Numbered from the stretch's first letter, positions 30,576 to 42,150 are shown. The stretch is DNA of 64,000 nucleotides from Myxococcota bacterium (GCA_039030515.1 JBCCEA010000002.1:128001-192000), one strand, 5' to 3'. The notes: a model not told the origin generated them from the letters alone. Made by a program: numbers and translations.

Positions 30576-31529
30576 ATGACGATGCATTTGGTATTCATCA
30601 TGGATCCGGTTTCAACGGTGGTGGTCGATGAAGACACTTCCTTTGCACTGATGGCGCAGGCGGAGCGACGCGGGCATCGCGTGAGCCACGCTTTGGCGCG
30701 AGACATCTCGCTACACCATGGCCGACCCAGGGCGCGGATCGCTCAAGCCAAAATGTCCCGTGAATCAACGCAGCCCGTCACGCTCTCTTCGCACGAAGAC
30801 ATCGCCCTCGACGAGGTGGACGCGATCTTCATTCGGAAAGACCCTCCTTTTGACGCGGACTACCTTTGGCTGACCCTGATGCTCGAGCCCTTGCGTGGCC
30901 ACACCCTCGTCATGAACGATCCGCGTGGACTTCGGGACGCCAACGAAAAACTCTACGCCTGCCATTTTCCGGAGTGCATGCCCAAAACCCTCGTGTCGAG
31001 CGATGCGGACGCGATCAAAAACTTCACTCAAAGCGTGGGCGGACGCGCCGTCATCAAACCGATCGACGGACATGGGGGCAAGGGGATTTTCGTCCTTTCA
31101 GAGGGCGATCTCAATCTGAACGCACACATCGAATCGGTCACCGAAGGAGGAAGCCGGGTCGCGATGATCCAGGCCTACCTCCCCGAGGTTCGCGTTGGGG
31201 ACAAGCGGATCTTACTGCTCGACGGTGAGGCGCTGGGCGCGATTCTAAGGGTTCCCGCGGCAGGCGATGCGCGCAGCAACATTCACGTAGGCGGGTCGGT
31301 GGTCGCTGCGAAACTCGATGCTGCCGACCACCGCATCGTCGAGCAGCTCCGCCCCAAGCTGCATCAAGACGGGCTGTATTTCGTCGGGCTAGACGTCATC
31401 GGAGGCTACCTGACCGAAGTCAACGTCACGAGTCCGACCGGAATACAGCAAATGAGCCGACTTGATGGGGTATCGCACGAAGACCGAGTGATCGAGTGGA
31501 TCGAGCGTCGCGTGCTCGAGCGCACCTGA
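30576..31529 (+). CDS. gshB: Glutathione synthetase
   Basis: FIMDP, DTSFALM, RKDPPFD, NEKL, GDKRILL, RSNIHVGG, EVNVTSPTG. Confidence 0.96.
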   Translation: MTMHLVFIMDPVSTVVVDEDTSFALMAQAERRGHRVSHALARDISLHHGRPRARIAQAKMSRESTQPVTLSSHEDIALDEVDAIFIRKDPPFDADYLWLTLMLEPLRGHTLVMNDPRGLRDANEKLYACHFPECMPKTLVSSDADAIKNFTQSVGGRAVIKPIDGHGGKGIFVLSEGDLNLNAHIESVTEGGSRVAMIQAYLPEVRVGDKRILLLDGEALGAILRVPAAGDARSNIHVGGSVVAAKLDAADHRIVEQLRPKLHQDGLYFVGLDVIGGYLTEVNVTSPTGIQQMSRLDGVSHEDRVIEWIERRVLERT

Positions 31530-31553
31530 TCGCTGAGATGCTCTCAAGGGTGT

Positions 31554-31847
31554 CTATCGCTGCGGACCGTCAAACCATCTCGAGAGACGCTGCAGGGCGA
31601 TCGAGCCCAACCCAGCGGACAAAAAACTCGCACCAAACACGGCGAGGCCGGAAAGCATGCGTTCCGAGGCTATCCCTGAAGCGTGAAGGGACATGCCGAT
31701 GAGTCCGAATAAAGGCAAAAAATAAAGCCAAACGCCGCCTCCGGGCACCCGAAAGGCGCTTGTCTGGATTGGCGATCGGAGCACCACAGAACCGAGTAGC
31801 GCTCCGGTTCCCAACACCAGGGAAGCAAAATAGAGAACGTTCCACAC
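31554..31847 (-). CDS. Small hypothetical membrane protein
   Basis: Three hydrophobic segments; directly downstream of the acyl-CoA ligase gene. Confidence 0.45.
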   Translation of the reverse strand: MWNVLYFASLVLGTGALLGSVVLRSPIQTSAFRVPGGGVWLYFLPLFGLIGMSLHASGIASERMLSGLAVFGASFLSAGLGSIALQRLSRWFDGPQR

Positions 31848-31868
31848 CGATAAAGGGTCTAGGCGTGC

Positions 31869-33698
31869 CTAAGAGGCATAGGCCATCTTTGAGGGCTGCA
31901 GATAGAGCGCCTCGATCTCGTTTGCGTGGTTCTGAACAATGGAGTGACGACGGGGTTTCATCGTCGGGGTTAGGTCTCCTTTTTCTACGGTAAGGGGCTC
32001 AGAGAGCACGTAGAACTTCCGGATCTTTTGATAGCGAGCTAGGTGGACATTGCACGCGGTCTCGATCTCGCGTTCCAAATATCGCTGAAGCTCGGGCTGA
32101 CGCACCAGGTCTTGGTACGCTAAGTCTGAGGGCAAGCCGAGACGCGCGTTCAGCATCGCAATCGCCTCAGAATCGAGCGCGATAAGCGCAGAAAGATAAG
32201 GCTTTCGATCGCCGACCACCACCGCATGCCCGACCCCGGCAATGGCCCCAAGCAGCTGCTCTATCTCCGTGGGCGCCACGTTTTTTCCGTTTGCGGTGAT
32301 CAGCAGTTCTTTTTTTCGCCCGGTAATGCGGAGGTTTCCGTCCTCTTGCAGCGTGCCGAGGTCCCCGGTTCGAAGCCAGCCGTCGTCGGTAAACAAAGCT
32401 TGGTTTTCGGCATCAAGCCGTAGATAGCCCTCAGAGACGTTTCGGCCTCGAACGAGGACCTCGCCATCTTCCGCGATACGCACGGAAACACCTCGAAACG
32501 GTTTGCCGACCGTGCCGAAACGGGGCTGCAGCGGATCGGTCACACTCACCCCGCCGCTGGTCTCGCTGAGGCCGTACGCTTCGTAGACGCACACTCCGAG
32601 AGAGGCAAAGAAGGTTTGCACGCTGGGAGCTATCGGAGCTGCTCCGGTAAGGGCAACCTCGATCCGATCGAGCCCCATCGCCCTTCGAATCCGCTTGATC
32701 ACCACCGCTCGCGCAAGCCAGCGCGCTGGGCCCATCGTACGCCGACCTCGCTCCACATCAGACTGGAACGCAGAGAGCTCGGTGCACCGTGCCCAGTGCA
32801 GCAGACGTGCCCGAATGCCGGTAGCCTCTGAGAAACGCTTGGTGAGCGCCGCTTCGAACTTCTCCCATATCCGGGGGACCCCGAGAAAGACGGTGGGTCG
32901 CACCTGAGGCAGCAGCTTCGGCAGCTCTGCGATATCTGGACAGAACGTGACTTCCCCGCCGAAATAGAGGGCGAATACATTTGTGAATAGCTGCTCAGCC
33001 TGATGGGAAAGCGGGAGATAGCTGATCACCTTGTATTGACCTGGCTCTCGGAACAGCGGAAACGCCTGGGCGCCACCCTCGGCGATGAAGAGCTGACCGC
33101 CGTGATCGAGCTGAACCCCCTTTGCCGTTCCGGTAGTTCCGCTCGTGTAGATCAGGCTGCACAGGTCGGTGGCTTCGATCGACTCGAGCCGCGCGCGCAG
33201 CTTCTGGTTTTCAAGGCGTTCTCCTCGAGAGAGCAGCGCTGTAAAGCTCGACACGCGCGTGTCTTCGTGGTCGAGCGAATCAAAGGTCGCGAGGAGTTGA
33301 AGCTTGGGGCAAAGCCCTGCGGCTTCCGCGCGAAGGTAGCGCTCTAGCTGTGGAGCGCCGTCGGCGACCGCGAACTTCGCATCTGAATCGCGAATGATAT
33401 GCGCCATCTGGTCCAGCGTGCTGGTGGGATAGATCGAAGCGATCACCCCTCGAGCAGCTTGCACCCCAAATTGAAACTGGACCCACTCTGGACGGTTGGC
33501 CCCGACGATCGCCACCCGATCCCCTGGGCGCAGACCCAAGTCGATCAGCGCCTTGGCGAGACGGCATACGTTGCCCCAGTAGTTAGACCAGGAAACGGTG
33601 CACCACTGCCCGTTTCGATACTCACGCAGTGCGGGTCGATTGGGGATCTCTTCGGCCCATCGCTGAATGCAGTGAACTAGGTCTTTGGGATGTTCCAT
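31869..33698 (-). CDS. Long-chain fatty acid--CoA ligase
   Basis: IYTSGTTGTAKGV, YLPLSH, YGLSET, WLRTGDLG, ITGRKKELLIT.NGKNVAP, LTPTMK; start set at MEHPKD. Confidence 0.92.
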   Translation of the reverse strand: MEHPKDLVHCIQRWAEEIPNRPALREYRNGQWCTVSWSNYWGNVCRLAKALIDLGLRPGDRVAIVGANRPEWVQFQFGVQAARGVIASIYPTSTLDQMAHIIRDSDAKFAVADGAPQLERYLRAEAAGLCPKLQLLATFDSLDHEDTRVSSFTALLSRGERLENQKLRARLESIEATDLCSLIYTSGTTGTAKGVQLDHGGQLFIAEGGAQAFPLFREPGQYKVISYLPLSHQAEQLFTNVFALYFGGEVTFCPDIAELPKLLPQVRPTVFLGVPRIWEKFEAALTKRFSEATGIRARLLHWARCTELSAFQSDVERGRRTMGPARWLARAVVIKRIRRAMGLDRIEVALTGAAPIAPSVQTFFASLGVCVYEAYGLSETSGGVSVTDPLQPRFGTVGKPFRGVSVRIAEDGEVLVRGRNVSEGYLRLDAENQALFTDDGWLRTGDLGTLQEDGNLRITGRKKELLITANGKNVAPTEIEQLLGAIAGVGHAVVVGDRKPYLSALIALDSEAIAMLNARLGLPSDLAYQDLVRQPELQRYLEREIETACNVHLARYQKIRKFYVLSEPLTVEKGDLTPTMKPRRHSIVQNHANEIEALYLQPSKMAYAS

Positions 33699-33852
33699 GG
33701 GGGCCACCCTGCCACAAAGCTCCCCCATTCGACCAGCAGAGCACATGTCCCACTCGACCAGCAGAGCACCTGCGCTGCGCCGAACTGCAAGCCTCGGCAC
33801 CGGAGTCGGCGAAAAAGAGGTCGACTCCAAGCGGCAGTCACGGACGGGCCGA

Positions 33853-34857
33853 TCAGGTAGAGGCGCAAGGGCTCAGCACCCCCGGTGCGCCCAGGGTCGT
33901 CCGCAATATCTCTAAGCCCTCGCCGGAGGGTCGATCCTCTTGTTCGCACGACGGCCGGCATCGCGCCTCGAAGGCGGCCGCAGCATCGGCATTGTCGAAT
34001 AGGGCCAGCGCGATATCCCCTCCGCCTGCGCCGCTCGGTTTGGCGGCACCTCCGCAGGATGCAGCCAGTTCGGCTACCTGAGCCAACCTGCGTTCTACGA
34101 TCGGAATCGATGCGGCCTCTCCCAGGTTTTGCATCGCTCGATGATGCGCTCGGGTGGCTGCGAGTACTTCACTCGGTGCAGCCCGGGAAAAAGCGTCGAT
34201 AAAAGAACGTGCAGCCGCTCGCAGAGCACCAAACAGCCGATCAAAAGCGGCAGGCTCCTGCCGAGAGCATTCGAATATCCGCTGGACCATGCCGCTGGTT
34301 CGAACGGGGGTACCGGTCCAGATCACCCGATAGTGCAAACCGCTCGGCCAGTGCTCGGAGCATAGCTCGACGGCTTCGCCCTGACGGGCGTAGCGCAACA
34401 CGCCGCCGTGAACCGCCGCAGCAACGTCCGCACCGCTGCCCCGAGGTGCGACTTCCCGGTGACCTTCAAGGGCGTGCGTCAAGATGTCTCGCCGTACCGC
34501 CGGCAGCTGGACCTCAAAACCGTGCTGGGCGTGCACCGCGGCCGCTGCAGCCGCTGCGCAGGCGGAAGAAGAACCCAATCCGAGTTTTTGATCTCCCCGG
34601 TAGAGCGGAGTGGTGCAGGCGAACCACTCCAAATCGAGCGAACCGAGCTCCGCCTCAGCCCTGCGGCGCGCGGCCTGGGCCTCCTCGGGCAGAGGATGGA
34701 AGGGCAACCTGTTTGGGCTCGCGCTCTTGCCCGCATCCACCGTTCGAGTGCCGGCGATCGAGACTCTTCTGTCGCAAGCGGCGACCAGACACGGCTCGCC
34801 ATGCAAAACGACGTATTCACCTGCCAGCATCACCTTTCCCGGAGCGCTCGCCAGCAT
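33853..34857 (-). CDS. GHMP kinase, probable phosphomevalonate kinase
   Basis: SAPGKVMLAGEY.VL, KLGLGSS, GSGADVAA, KPSGAGGGD; in mevalonate cluster. Confidence 0.85.
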   Translation of the reverse strand: MLASAPGKVMLAGEYVVLHGEPCLVAACDRRVSIAGTRTVDAGKSASPNRLPFHPLPEEAQAARRRAEAELGSLDLEWFACTTPLYRGDQKLGLGSSSACAAAAAAAVHAQHGFEVQLPAVRRDILTHALEGHREVAPRGSGADVAAAVHGGVLRYARQGEAVELCSEHWPSGLHYRVIWTGTPVRTSGMVQRIFECSRQEPAAFDRLFGALRAAARSFIDAFSRAAPSEVLAATRAHHRAMQNLGEAASIPIVERRLAQVAELAASCGGAAKPSGAGGGDIALALFDNADAAAAFEARCRPSCEQEDRPSGEGLEILRTTLGAPGVLSPCAST

Positions 34858-34921
34858 CAGAATCTCCGTTTCACTGGGCTCCGACTCGTGTGCCTTGTAC
34901 CCCGACTCGTGTGCCCGGTGA

Positions 34922-35962
34922 CTATTCAACTCTTTTGCGCCTCGCTCTCGGCAGCTTTGGGGCCGCGGTCTGCACCTTAGACACCACCCCGTCTCCCGGC
35001 CGAGTTGTCTTTGTGTCGAGCACTCCGGGACATGCCGCAAGCGCCCGACGCACCCTGGGAGCGTCTTTGGCTTGGCACAGAACCTTGACGTGCGGGCCGG
35101 CGTCCATGGTGAACCAAGCGGAAATACCGCTGCGTTCGCGCAGTTCACGAACCACAGACATCACCCCCAACGTGGCCGGCAGCCAGTAGTAAATCGGGGG
35201 CACGGACGTGATCGCGCAGGTATGAAAGAGCAGCGTGCTCCGTTCCATGGTGGCGCCGAGTTCTTCGAGGTCGCGCGCTCGAACCGCATTCCGGATGCGC
35301 CTGGTCCACATCGGCGCCTGCTCGAGCCACGCTGCATAAACCGGGGAGGTCTTGCGAGAGCGTTCCATGCCTTCAGTCGAGCCGACGGCTTTCGGGCCCA
35401 GCGCAGTGCTCGCGACGACAAAACGTACGTCCCAATGATCGGCGGGAGCCAAAGGACGCGCCGCAATCCGATCGTCCTCACCGGTCGGCAACTCGACAAA
35501 ACCGCCAAAAAGGGAACGTGCCGCCGAGGCGCTCGAGCGGCGCGCAAGCCGGCTGAGTCGCGTGGGGGACCAGTTGAGCCCAAGCGCTTGAACCGACGCC
35601 GAAGCCAAAGCCGCAAACCCAGAGGCGCTCGAAGCGAGCCCTGCCGCGGTAGGAAATCGATTTTCGCTCCGCACCTCCGCAGAGAGGTCGCATCCCACCT
35701 CGCTTCGAACGCGATCGAGCATGTCCACCACCCGCTGACGCTCCTTTGGGGAAGCCTCCCGGCGATCCAGGAACACGAGATCAGGCTGCCGATCGGCAAA
35801 AAAGCGAACGCGGGTTTTGGTGGTCAAACCTTGTAGGGTGAGGGAGATGCTGGGCACCGCCGGGATATTCTGCTGCAGGTCGGCTTTTCCCCAGTACTTC
35901 GCAAGGGCGATATTGGCCTGAGCCGTGGCGGTCGCTGCGCCCATGAGCACACGTCGCGTCAT
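34922..35962 (-). CDS. mvaD: Diphosphomevalonate decarboxylase
   Basis: NIALAKYWGK, FPTAAGLASSASGFAAL, STEGM, FTMDAGPHVKV; ATGA overlap with mvk stop. Confidence 0.94.
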   Translation of the reverse strand: MTRRVLMGAATATAQANIALAKYWGKADLQQNIPAVPSISLTLQGLTTKTRVRFFADRQPDLVFLDRREASPKERQRVVDMLDRVRSEVGCDLSAEVRSENRFPTAAGLASSASGFAALASASVQALGLNWSPTRLSRLARRSSASAARSLFGGFVELPTGEDDRIAARPLAPADHWDVRFVVASTALGPKAVGSTEGMERSRKTSPVYAAWLEQAPMWTRRIRNAVRARDLEELGATMERSTLLFHTCAITSVPPIYYWLPATLGVMSVVRELRERSGISAWFTMDAGPHVKVLCQAKDAPRVRRALAACPGVLDTKTTRPGDGVVSKVQTAAPKLPRARRKRVE

Positions 35963-37017
35963 CCGTTCGTCTCCGAATCCGAAGGCCGGCTCCGGAACGC
36001 GGGTTCGTCTTCGTCGCTTGAGGAAGCGACACGACTTGAGGAAACGATAAAAGCAGGCGCTGGCTCTAGCGCGGCCAAAACGCGCGGGGCATCGTTTGGT
36101 TCGACGAGCGCCACCATGCATCCGCCTCCGCCGGCCCCGGTCAACTTGGCGCCGTACGCGCCGGAGTCTCGAGCGGCCAAACACATCTCCTCGAGACGGC
36201 TGGTCGAAAGCATCAGCGAATTGAGCAGGGCCTGATTGAGATCCATCAAGGTACCGAGCGTCGACCAGTCGTTCGATTCGATGGCCAACCTACCGTTTCG
36301 TACGAGCGCGGCGATCGCCTCGAACGTCTTGTCGACGGACTGAGGTTCGCGCGTTCGCAACCGAGCCACGTGCGCGACCATGGCCTTGGTGCTCGATGTT
36401 TCTTCGCTGTGGGCAACGACTAGCGTGATCGGACGTCGAGAAGAGACCTCCTCAAACCCCTGAGCCCGCTGAAACACGCCAATCCCTCCCCGCGCAGACA
36501 TTTGATGATCGATACCGGACGGATTGCCGTGAAACACCTTCTCCCAGACCAGAGCAGCCTGAGCCACCTGAACGTCGGAGCGCGCTACTCCAATGCATGC
36601 ATCGATGGCGCGGATGATGGCCACGCCCAGAGCCGCAGAGCAGCCTAGTCCCGCACCGGCCGGCAACGAGACCTCCGCATGTAAGTGAACGCTGGGTCGA
36701 TCTTCGGGATAGCTCGCCAGTACGTGCGCCAATGCGCTCGCGAGCAGCGACTGGGGTTCGGTCTGGGCAGCGTCTTCTGCGCTGGTGGAATCCGTAGAGC
36801 CCTCATCCAACAAACGCGGAGTGATCGCGACCTGCCAAGGCTCCACCGTCAGCAGGTCTTGGGTCGCCAGCGCGGCGGTTGCCCGAACGCCGCGATCGAT
36901 CGACATCGCAATCGCAGGGTGCCCGTAAACCACCCCGTGCTCCCCGAGGAGGATCACCTTGCCGCGCCCTTCTACCGCGTTGTCTGATCGATCCATCGAC
37001 ATGGCCTGGGGAACCAT
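35959..37017 (-). CDS. mvk: Mevalonate kinase
   Basis: GKVILLGEH.VVYG.PAIA, P.GAGLG.SAA, HGNPSGID, GAKLTGAGGGG. Confidence 0.93.
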   Translation of the reverse strand: MVPQAMSMDRSDNAVEGRGKVILLGEHGVVYGHPAIAMSIDRGVRATAALATQDLLTVEPWQVAITPRLLDEGSTDSTSAEDAAQTEPQSLLASALAHVLASYPEDRPSVHLHAEVSLPAGAGLGCSAALGVAIIRAIDACIGVARSDVQVAQAALVWEKVFHGNPSGIDHQMSARGGIGVFQRAQGFEEVSSRRPITLVVAHSEETSSTKAMVAHVARLRTREPQSVDKTFEAIAALVRNGRLAIESNDWSTLGTLMDLNQALLNSLMLSTSRLEEMCLAARDSGAYGAKLTGAGGGGCMVALVEPNDAPRVLAALEPAPAFIVSSSRVASSSDEDEPAFRSRPSDSETNG

Positions 37018-37139
37018 AGTTCACTTTCGGGGATATCTGCCGGGATTCGCTCTTGGTTTTCTGTGCGAAGGACGGCTGCGCGAAGGACGGCTGCGCAAGA
37101 GGTGGTTGCACGCGGGCGATCGCACGGCGCGCGCGCAGG

Positions 37140-38189
37140 TCAATGCGCTCGGTTGCCGACCTGACGGGTGATTTCCTGCATCGCCTCGATTCCTGCGAGC
37201 CTTAGATCGGCGCCCTCGAGTAGGGCGTAGGCTTCCTCAAGACACCGTTCGAGCTCCGCGGTGACTCGATCTTTTGCGCCACTCGATTCGAGTAGGGCGC
37301 GCACCTCATGCAGGGCGTCGTCGTTCGTGACCTCGCTCTCGAGAACCTGTCGCACTCGGCGCAGGTCGCCAGGGGACGCAGCGGCTTCAAACGCGGCGAT
37401 GAGCGAGGTCCGCTTGCCCTGCCTCAAGTCGTTGCCCACCGGTTTTCCCATCGCACGGGAATCGCCAAAAGTTCCCAACAGGTCGTCTTTGAGCTGAAAA
37501 GCAAGACCCACCGGCGCTGCCCATCGCTCCAGCGCGTTTAGTTGATTCTCGTTGGCGTTCCCCAACAAAGCACCCAAGCGCAAAGGCCCGCGCACCGTGT
37601 AGCTACCGGTTTTCAACTGCTGCATCAGCCGCACATCTTGGTAGCAAACGAGATCCAAATGCTGGCCCATGTAGACCTGCTTTTGCATTTGTAGAAAGGT
37701 TTGGTCCGCTTGTGGACGCGCAGACGCAGAAAAAGGGGCGCCTAAATGCAGCTCCCAGGCGAGGGTCGCGCCGAGATCACCGCATAAGATCGCCAACGCC
37801 GCACCCAGGTGGGTTCCGTAGCGCGACCCGAGAGACGCATGCGCTGCCGGACCACCTCGACGCTCAAGATCGCAATCCATCCAGTCGTCGTGAATCAAGA
37901 GGTAGCTCTGCAGGAGCTCGACCGAGGCAGCCTCCTGCGCGATGACGGAGAGCGCGCCCTCGCTCACCGCTTGAAATCCCGCAGCCATGATCACGGCCCG
38001 GATGCGTTTGCCGCCTCGAAGCGTGATCGCCGCAAGCTCATCGACCAGCTCGGCGGAGGCAGGAGCCGTCTGAAGTACTTCGCAGCGTTTTTCTTCCAGA
38101 AAGGACTCGAGCCGGGACGTCACCGTCTTGCGGACCGTTTCGATGAGGTTCGAGCTGCTCACGTGTACACCCCAAAAGGGGCGCAGCAT
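37140..38189 (-). CDS. Polyprenyl diphosphate synthase (GGPP/FPP synthase family); start probably ~38162
   Basis: GGKRIR, LIHDDWMD...RRG, KTGSYT, AFQLKDDLLG.FGD....GK..G.DLR.GK. Confidence 0.92.
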   Translation of the reverse strand: MLRPFWGVHVSSSNLIETVRKTVTSRLESFLEEKRCEVLQTAPASAELVDELAAITLRGGKRIRAVIMAAGFQAVSEGALSVIAQEAASVELLQSYLLIHDDWMDCDLERRGGPAAHASLGSRYGTHLGAALAILCGDLGATLAWELHLGAPFSASARPQADQTFLQMQKQVYMGQHLDLVCYQDVRLMQQLKTGSYTVRGPLRLGALLGNANENQLNALERWAAPVGLAFQLKDDLLGTFGDSRAMGKPVGNDLRQGKRTSLIAAFEAAASPGDLRRVRQVLESEVTNDDALHEVRALLESSGAKDRVTAELERCLEEAYALLEGADLRLAGIEAMQEITRQVGNRAH

Positions 38190-38453
38190 TCATGAAACAA
38201 TGTATTGTAAGTCATCGAGATTACTTGCAGAAAGGGCAACGCTTTTCAAAAATAGCGTCCGGAGAGATGACGGCTACAGACGCGTCGTGCTCCGCAGGCT
38301 GTCGCTGCCGTAAAGAGGGCTGTCGCTCTTGTAAAGAGATACGCGGAGCTCGATATTCCTGGGACCGAGAATTTTTGTATCGGCGTCATGATGGTGGGTG
38401 GTGCGTTCCACGGAATCTTGCAGCGTACCGTTCTGCTCCAATAGCATCCTTTC

Positions 38454-39893
38454 ATGACGCGTCAGATCCTTTTGGTGTGGACCCTCCTGCTCGGATCGCA
38501 AGGCACGGCCGCCCTCGCTCAGGACCTCGAGATACCCCTCGGGCAGTTCTCGGCAAACGCGTTTAATCCGGCCCCCGGCCCGAGCAACTACCTCGGCGTC
38601 GACGGGATCCAAATCGGTGAACACCTTGCATGGAGCCTTGGAACCTGGGCGGACTACCAATCCCGCTCGATGGTTGTGGACACCTTTTGCGAGCGGCTCT
38701 CGGGGATTCCCTGCGCGCTCAACGGCACAGAGGCGACCGTAGTCGAACACCTTTTTGTAGTGCATGTGGTGCCCACGCTGGCGCTTGCCGGTCGCATTCA
38801 ACTCGCGGTCGACCTCCCGATGGCTACGGTGGACAACAATGCGCTCGAATTTCGGGAGGGAACATCCCTCGTCCGGACCTCAGGAGGAACGACCACCGGA
38901 CTCGGCGACATTCGATTTCACGTCAAGGGCGAAATCTGGAGCTTGCTGGAAGACCAATTGAGCTTCGGCTTTGCCGGCTACTTCTTTGCGCCCACAGGTC
39001 GCGCCACGCTAGACGAGCGATTTGTGGGCGAAGACGGGGTATCCACCGGAGGTCACCTGATCGCAGAGTACTTGAGCCCGGTGCTTCGAGCGGCGGTCAA
39101 CGTGGGTGGAATCTACCGGCCTAGTGAAACCTTCATCGGCAACGATACCGGTCCTCAACTCACCTATGCCGGAGCTCTCGGGTTTCGGCCAATCCGGCCG
39201 ATCGAACTTCTCGCGGAATTGGCGGGACAGAGTAGCTTTGGTGGCTCCGACGAGAAGCTCGAGGCGCGCGCGGGAGCACGGGGTCATCTTGGGCCGATGG
39301 AGGTGAGCGTTGCTTCGGGCGCCGGCATCGTGAGAGGGCCAGGCACACCCTACTACCGGATTCTATTCGGGGTCAGCTACTCGCCGGAGCCCTTCGTCGA
39401 CTCTGACCTGGACGGCATTGGAGACCACATCGACAGCTGCCCCTCCCTTGCCGAGGACGTCGACGACTTCATGGATGAAGACGGATGCCCCGATGAGGAC
39501 AACGACGACGATCGCTTCCCCGACCAACTCGATGAATGCCCGAACGAAGCCGAGGATCTAGATTCTTTTGAAGACGAGGACGGATGTCCCGAGGAAGACA
39601 ACGATCTCGACGGGATTCGAGATGGATACGACTCCTGCCCGAACACGCCGGAAGACCTGGACGGAGATCGAGATCACGACGGCTGCCCTGATAACGACCG
39701 TGACCGCGACGGGGTACCAGACGACGTCGATCAATGTCCAAGCGAAGCTGAAGATACCGACGGACTGGCCGATTTAGACGGGTGCCCTGAGTCCGACTTT
39801 GACGAGGACGGGATTTTGGACATTCGGGATGAATGCCCCGAGGAGCCCGAAGACATCGACCAGCGTGACGACCAAGATGGATGTCCCGATTGA
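38454..39893 (+). CDS. Outer-membrane beta-barrel protein with C-terminal thrombospondin type-3 (DxDxDG..D.CP) repeats
   Basis: Signal peptide, GLGDIRF motif, amphipathic strands, many D-rich CP repeats; no OmpA C-terminal domain before the stop. Confidence 0.8.
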   Translation: MTRQILLVWTLLLGSQGTAALAQDLEIPLGQFSANAFNPAPGPSNYLGVDGIQIGEHLAWSLGTWADYQSRSMVVDTFCERLSGIPCALNGTEATVVEHLFVVHVVPTLALAGRIQLAVDLPMATVDNNALEFREGTSLVRTSGGTTTGLGDIRFHVKGEIWSLLEDQLSFGFAGYFFAPTGRATLDERFVGEDGVSTGGHLIAEYLSPVLRAAVNVGGIYRPSETFIGNDTGPQLTYAGALGFRPIRPIELLAELAGQSSFGGSDEKLEARAGARGHLGPMEVSVASGAGIVRGPGTPYYRILFGVSYSPEPFVDSDLDGIGDHIDSCPSLAEDVDDFMDEDGCPDEDNDDDRFPDQLDECPNEAEDLDSFEDEDGCPEEDNDLDGIRDGYDSCPNTPEDLDGDRDHDGCPDNDRDRDGVPDDVDQCPSEAEDTDGLADLDGCPESDFDEDGILDIRDECPEEPEDIDQRDDQDGCPD

Positions 39894-39986
39894 CCACATA
39901 GACGCCCGGACCCGCGACATGACCTGAGCCTGTACGCAGGCATCTTACAGCTTGCCAATCCGAGAGGAGGCCCCTATCAGCCTGAG

Positions 39987-41030
<1,044 letters not shown>

Positions 41031-41250
41031 TCGCTCAGCAAGCTGCGGTGCGCTCCAGGAACGCGGTTCTGCGTGAGAGATTTTAAGTCGGTGAATCCCT
41101 TCGTGTGGCCAGATTTGACCAGAGCGCCCGGTGATTCATTAGGTCAATGATTGTAGCGACTTGTACCGGCCCCGCATGTGACCAGCAAGTCCCTTCAAGC
41201 ACCCCGGTTGACCTCACGTTGGACACATTTTGGGCACACTCGCGATGACC

Positions 41251-42150
41251 TCATGGGGTCCATGACCACGACTCCGCGTCCCAGGTGCCCACCGTCTCGC
41301 CTCCGAGGATCTGATCGAGAAAGGCGGATGCCGCTTCGCTGACCTCCGCCAGCGTTGTCCATGGCAGGCTGTCCCGCTCGGCCATCGCTGCGTATGGCCG
41401 CTCCCAGTCTGGTGATGGCTTGGGCAGCGACGTCGGAAGTTCGTGAGTGTCGCGTCGCTGGAAGGTCTGCTTCAAGGCCTCGCGGAGTTTGGCCGGATCG
41501 ATGTCCCCGGCACCGGCGAGAAGCGCAATGTCTGGAAGATCTTTGACCCGTGAGTTTGGGCGGTCGCGGGGCATCGTGTACGCATGCAACTTCTCAGCGA
41601 TGTGCGATGCGAGTGGATAGAGCTTGAGGGTGGGCGGAGAGATCCCGGCAAAAGCGAGCTTGTCTTCGACCTGGATGGTGTCGGGCTCTCCCACGAGCGG
41701 ATCGCCGAAGGCTGCGTCCACCCCGAACGCCTGCCCATACACCTTGCCTCCTAGGCGACACTCAGCCTTGAACCGATATCCTTCGTAGATGATGCCATCG
41801 CCGGTGATCTCTGGAAGGTATGCGTCGGGCTGCACGAGAAAGGTCATGTAGTCGCCGAGGTCCAATTGCCCAGCCTGTTGCAACGCCTCAAGGATCTCAT
41901 CGGACGACCCGCTCATGCGTAAATCAATGTCCTTGGTCGTGCGTGCGCGTTCGAGCCGGAGTTCTAGTACCAACCCACCCTTCAAGATGACTGCATCCCC
42001 CATGGCCTGAGTCACTCTTGCGAGGAAGCGGTCGAAGACCAGCAGCTGACGACGACGGTTGAGGTCAGCTCCACCGTCGGGCGCTTGCTTGAGCCGTTGT
42101 TCGAGCGCGGTCTTGAACGCGATGGGAGTCTGGTAGCTGCGCACCGTCAT
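41251..42150 (-). CDS. AbiEii/AbiGii-family nucleotidyltransferase toxin (type IV TA)
   Basis: RFLAR, LKGG..L, RTTKDID, AEKLHA, NSRVKDLPDI. Confidence 0.9.
   Translation of the reverse strand: MTVRSYQTPIAFKTALEQRLKQAPDGGADLNRRRQLLVFDRFLARVTQAMGDAVILKGGLVLELRLERARTTKDIDLRMSGSSDEILEALQQAGQLDLGDYMTFLVQPDAYLPEITGDGIIYEGYRFKAECRLGGKVYGQAFGVDAAFGDPLVGEPDTIQVEDKLAFAGISPPTLKLYPLASHIAEKLHAYTMPRDRPNSRVKDLPDIALLAGAGDIDPAKLREALKQTFQRRDTHELPTSLPKPSPDWERPYAAMAERDSLPWTTLAEVSEAASAFLDQILGGETVGTWDAESWSWTP

Noticed and set aside
29681..35836. Long antisense/alternative-frame ORFs (e.g. 29681-30631, 34209-35189, 35072-35836)
   Set aside because: They overlap well-supported genes; Arg/Pro-rich shadow ORFs are expected in high-GC DNA
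41040..41130. Intact tRNA-Leu gene
   Set aside because: Only an 11-nt anticodon-arm-like match; no D or T arms
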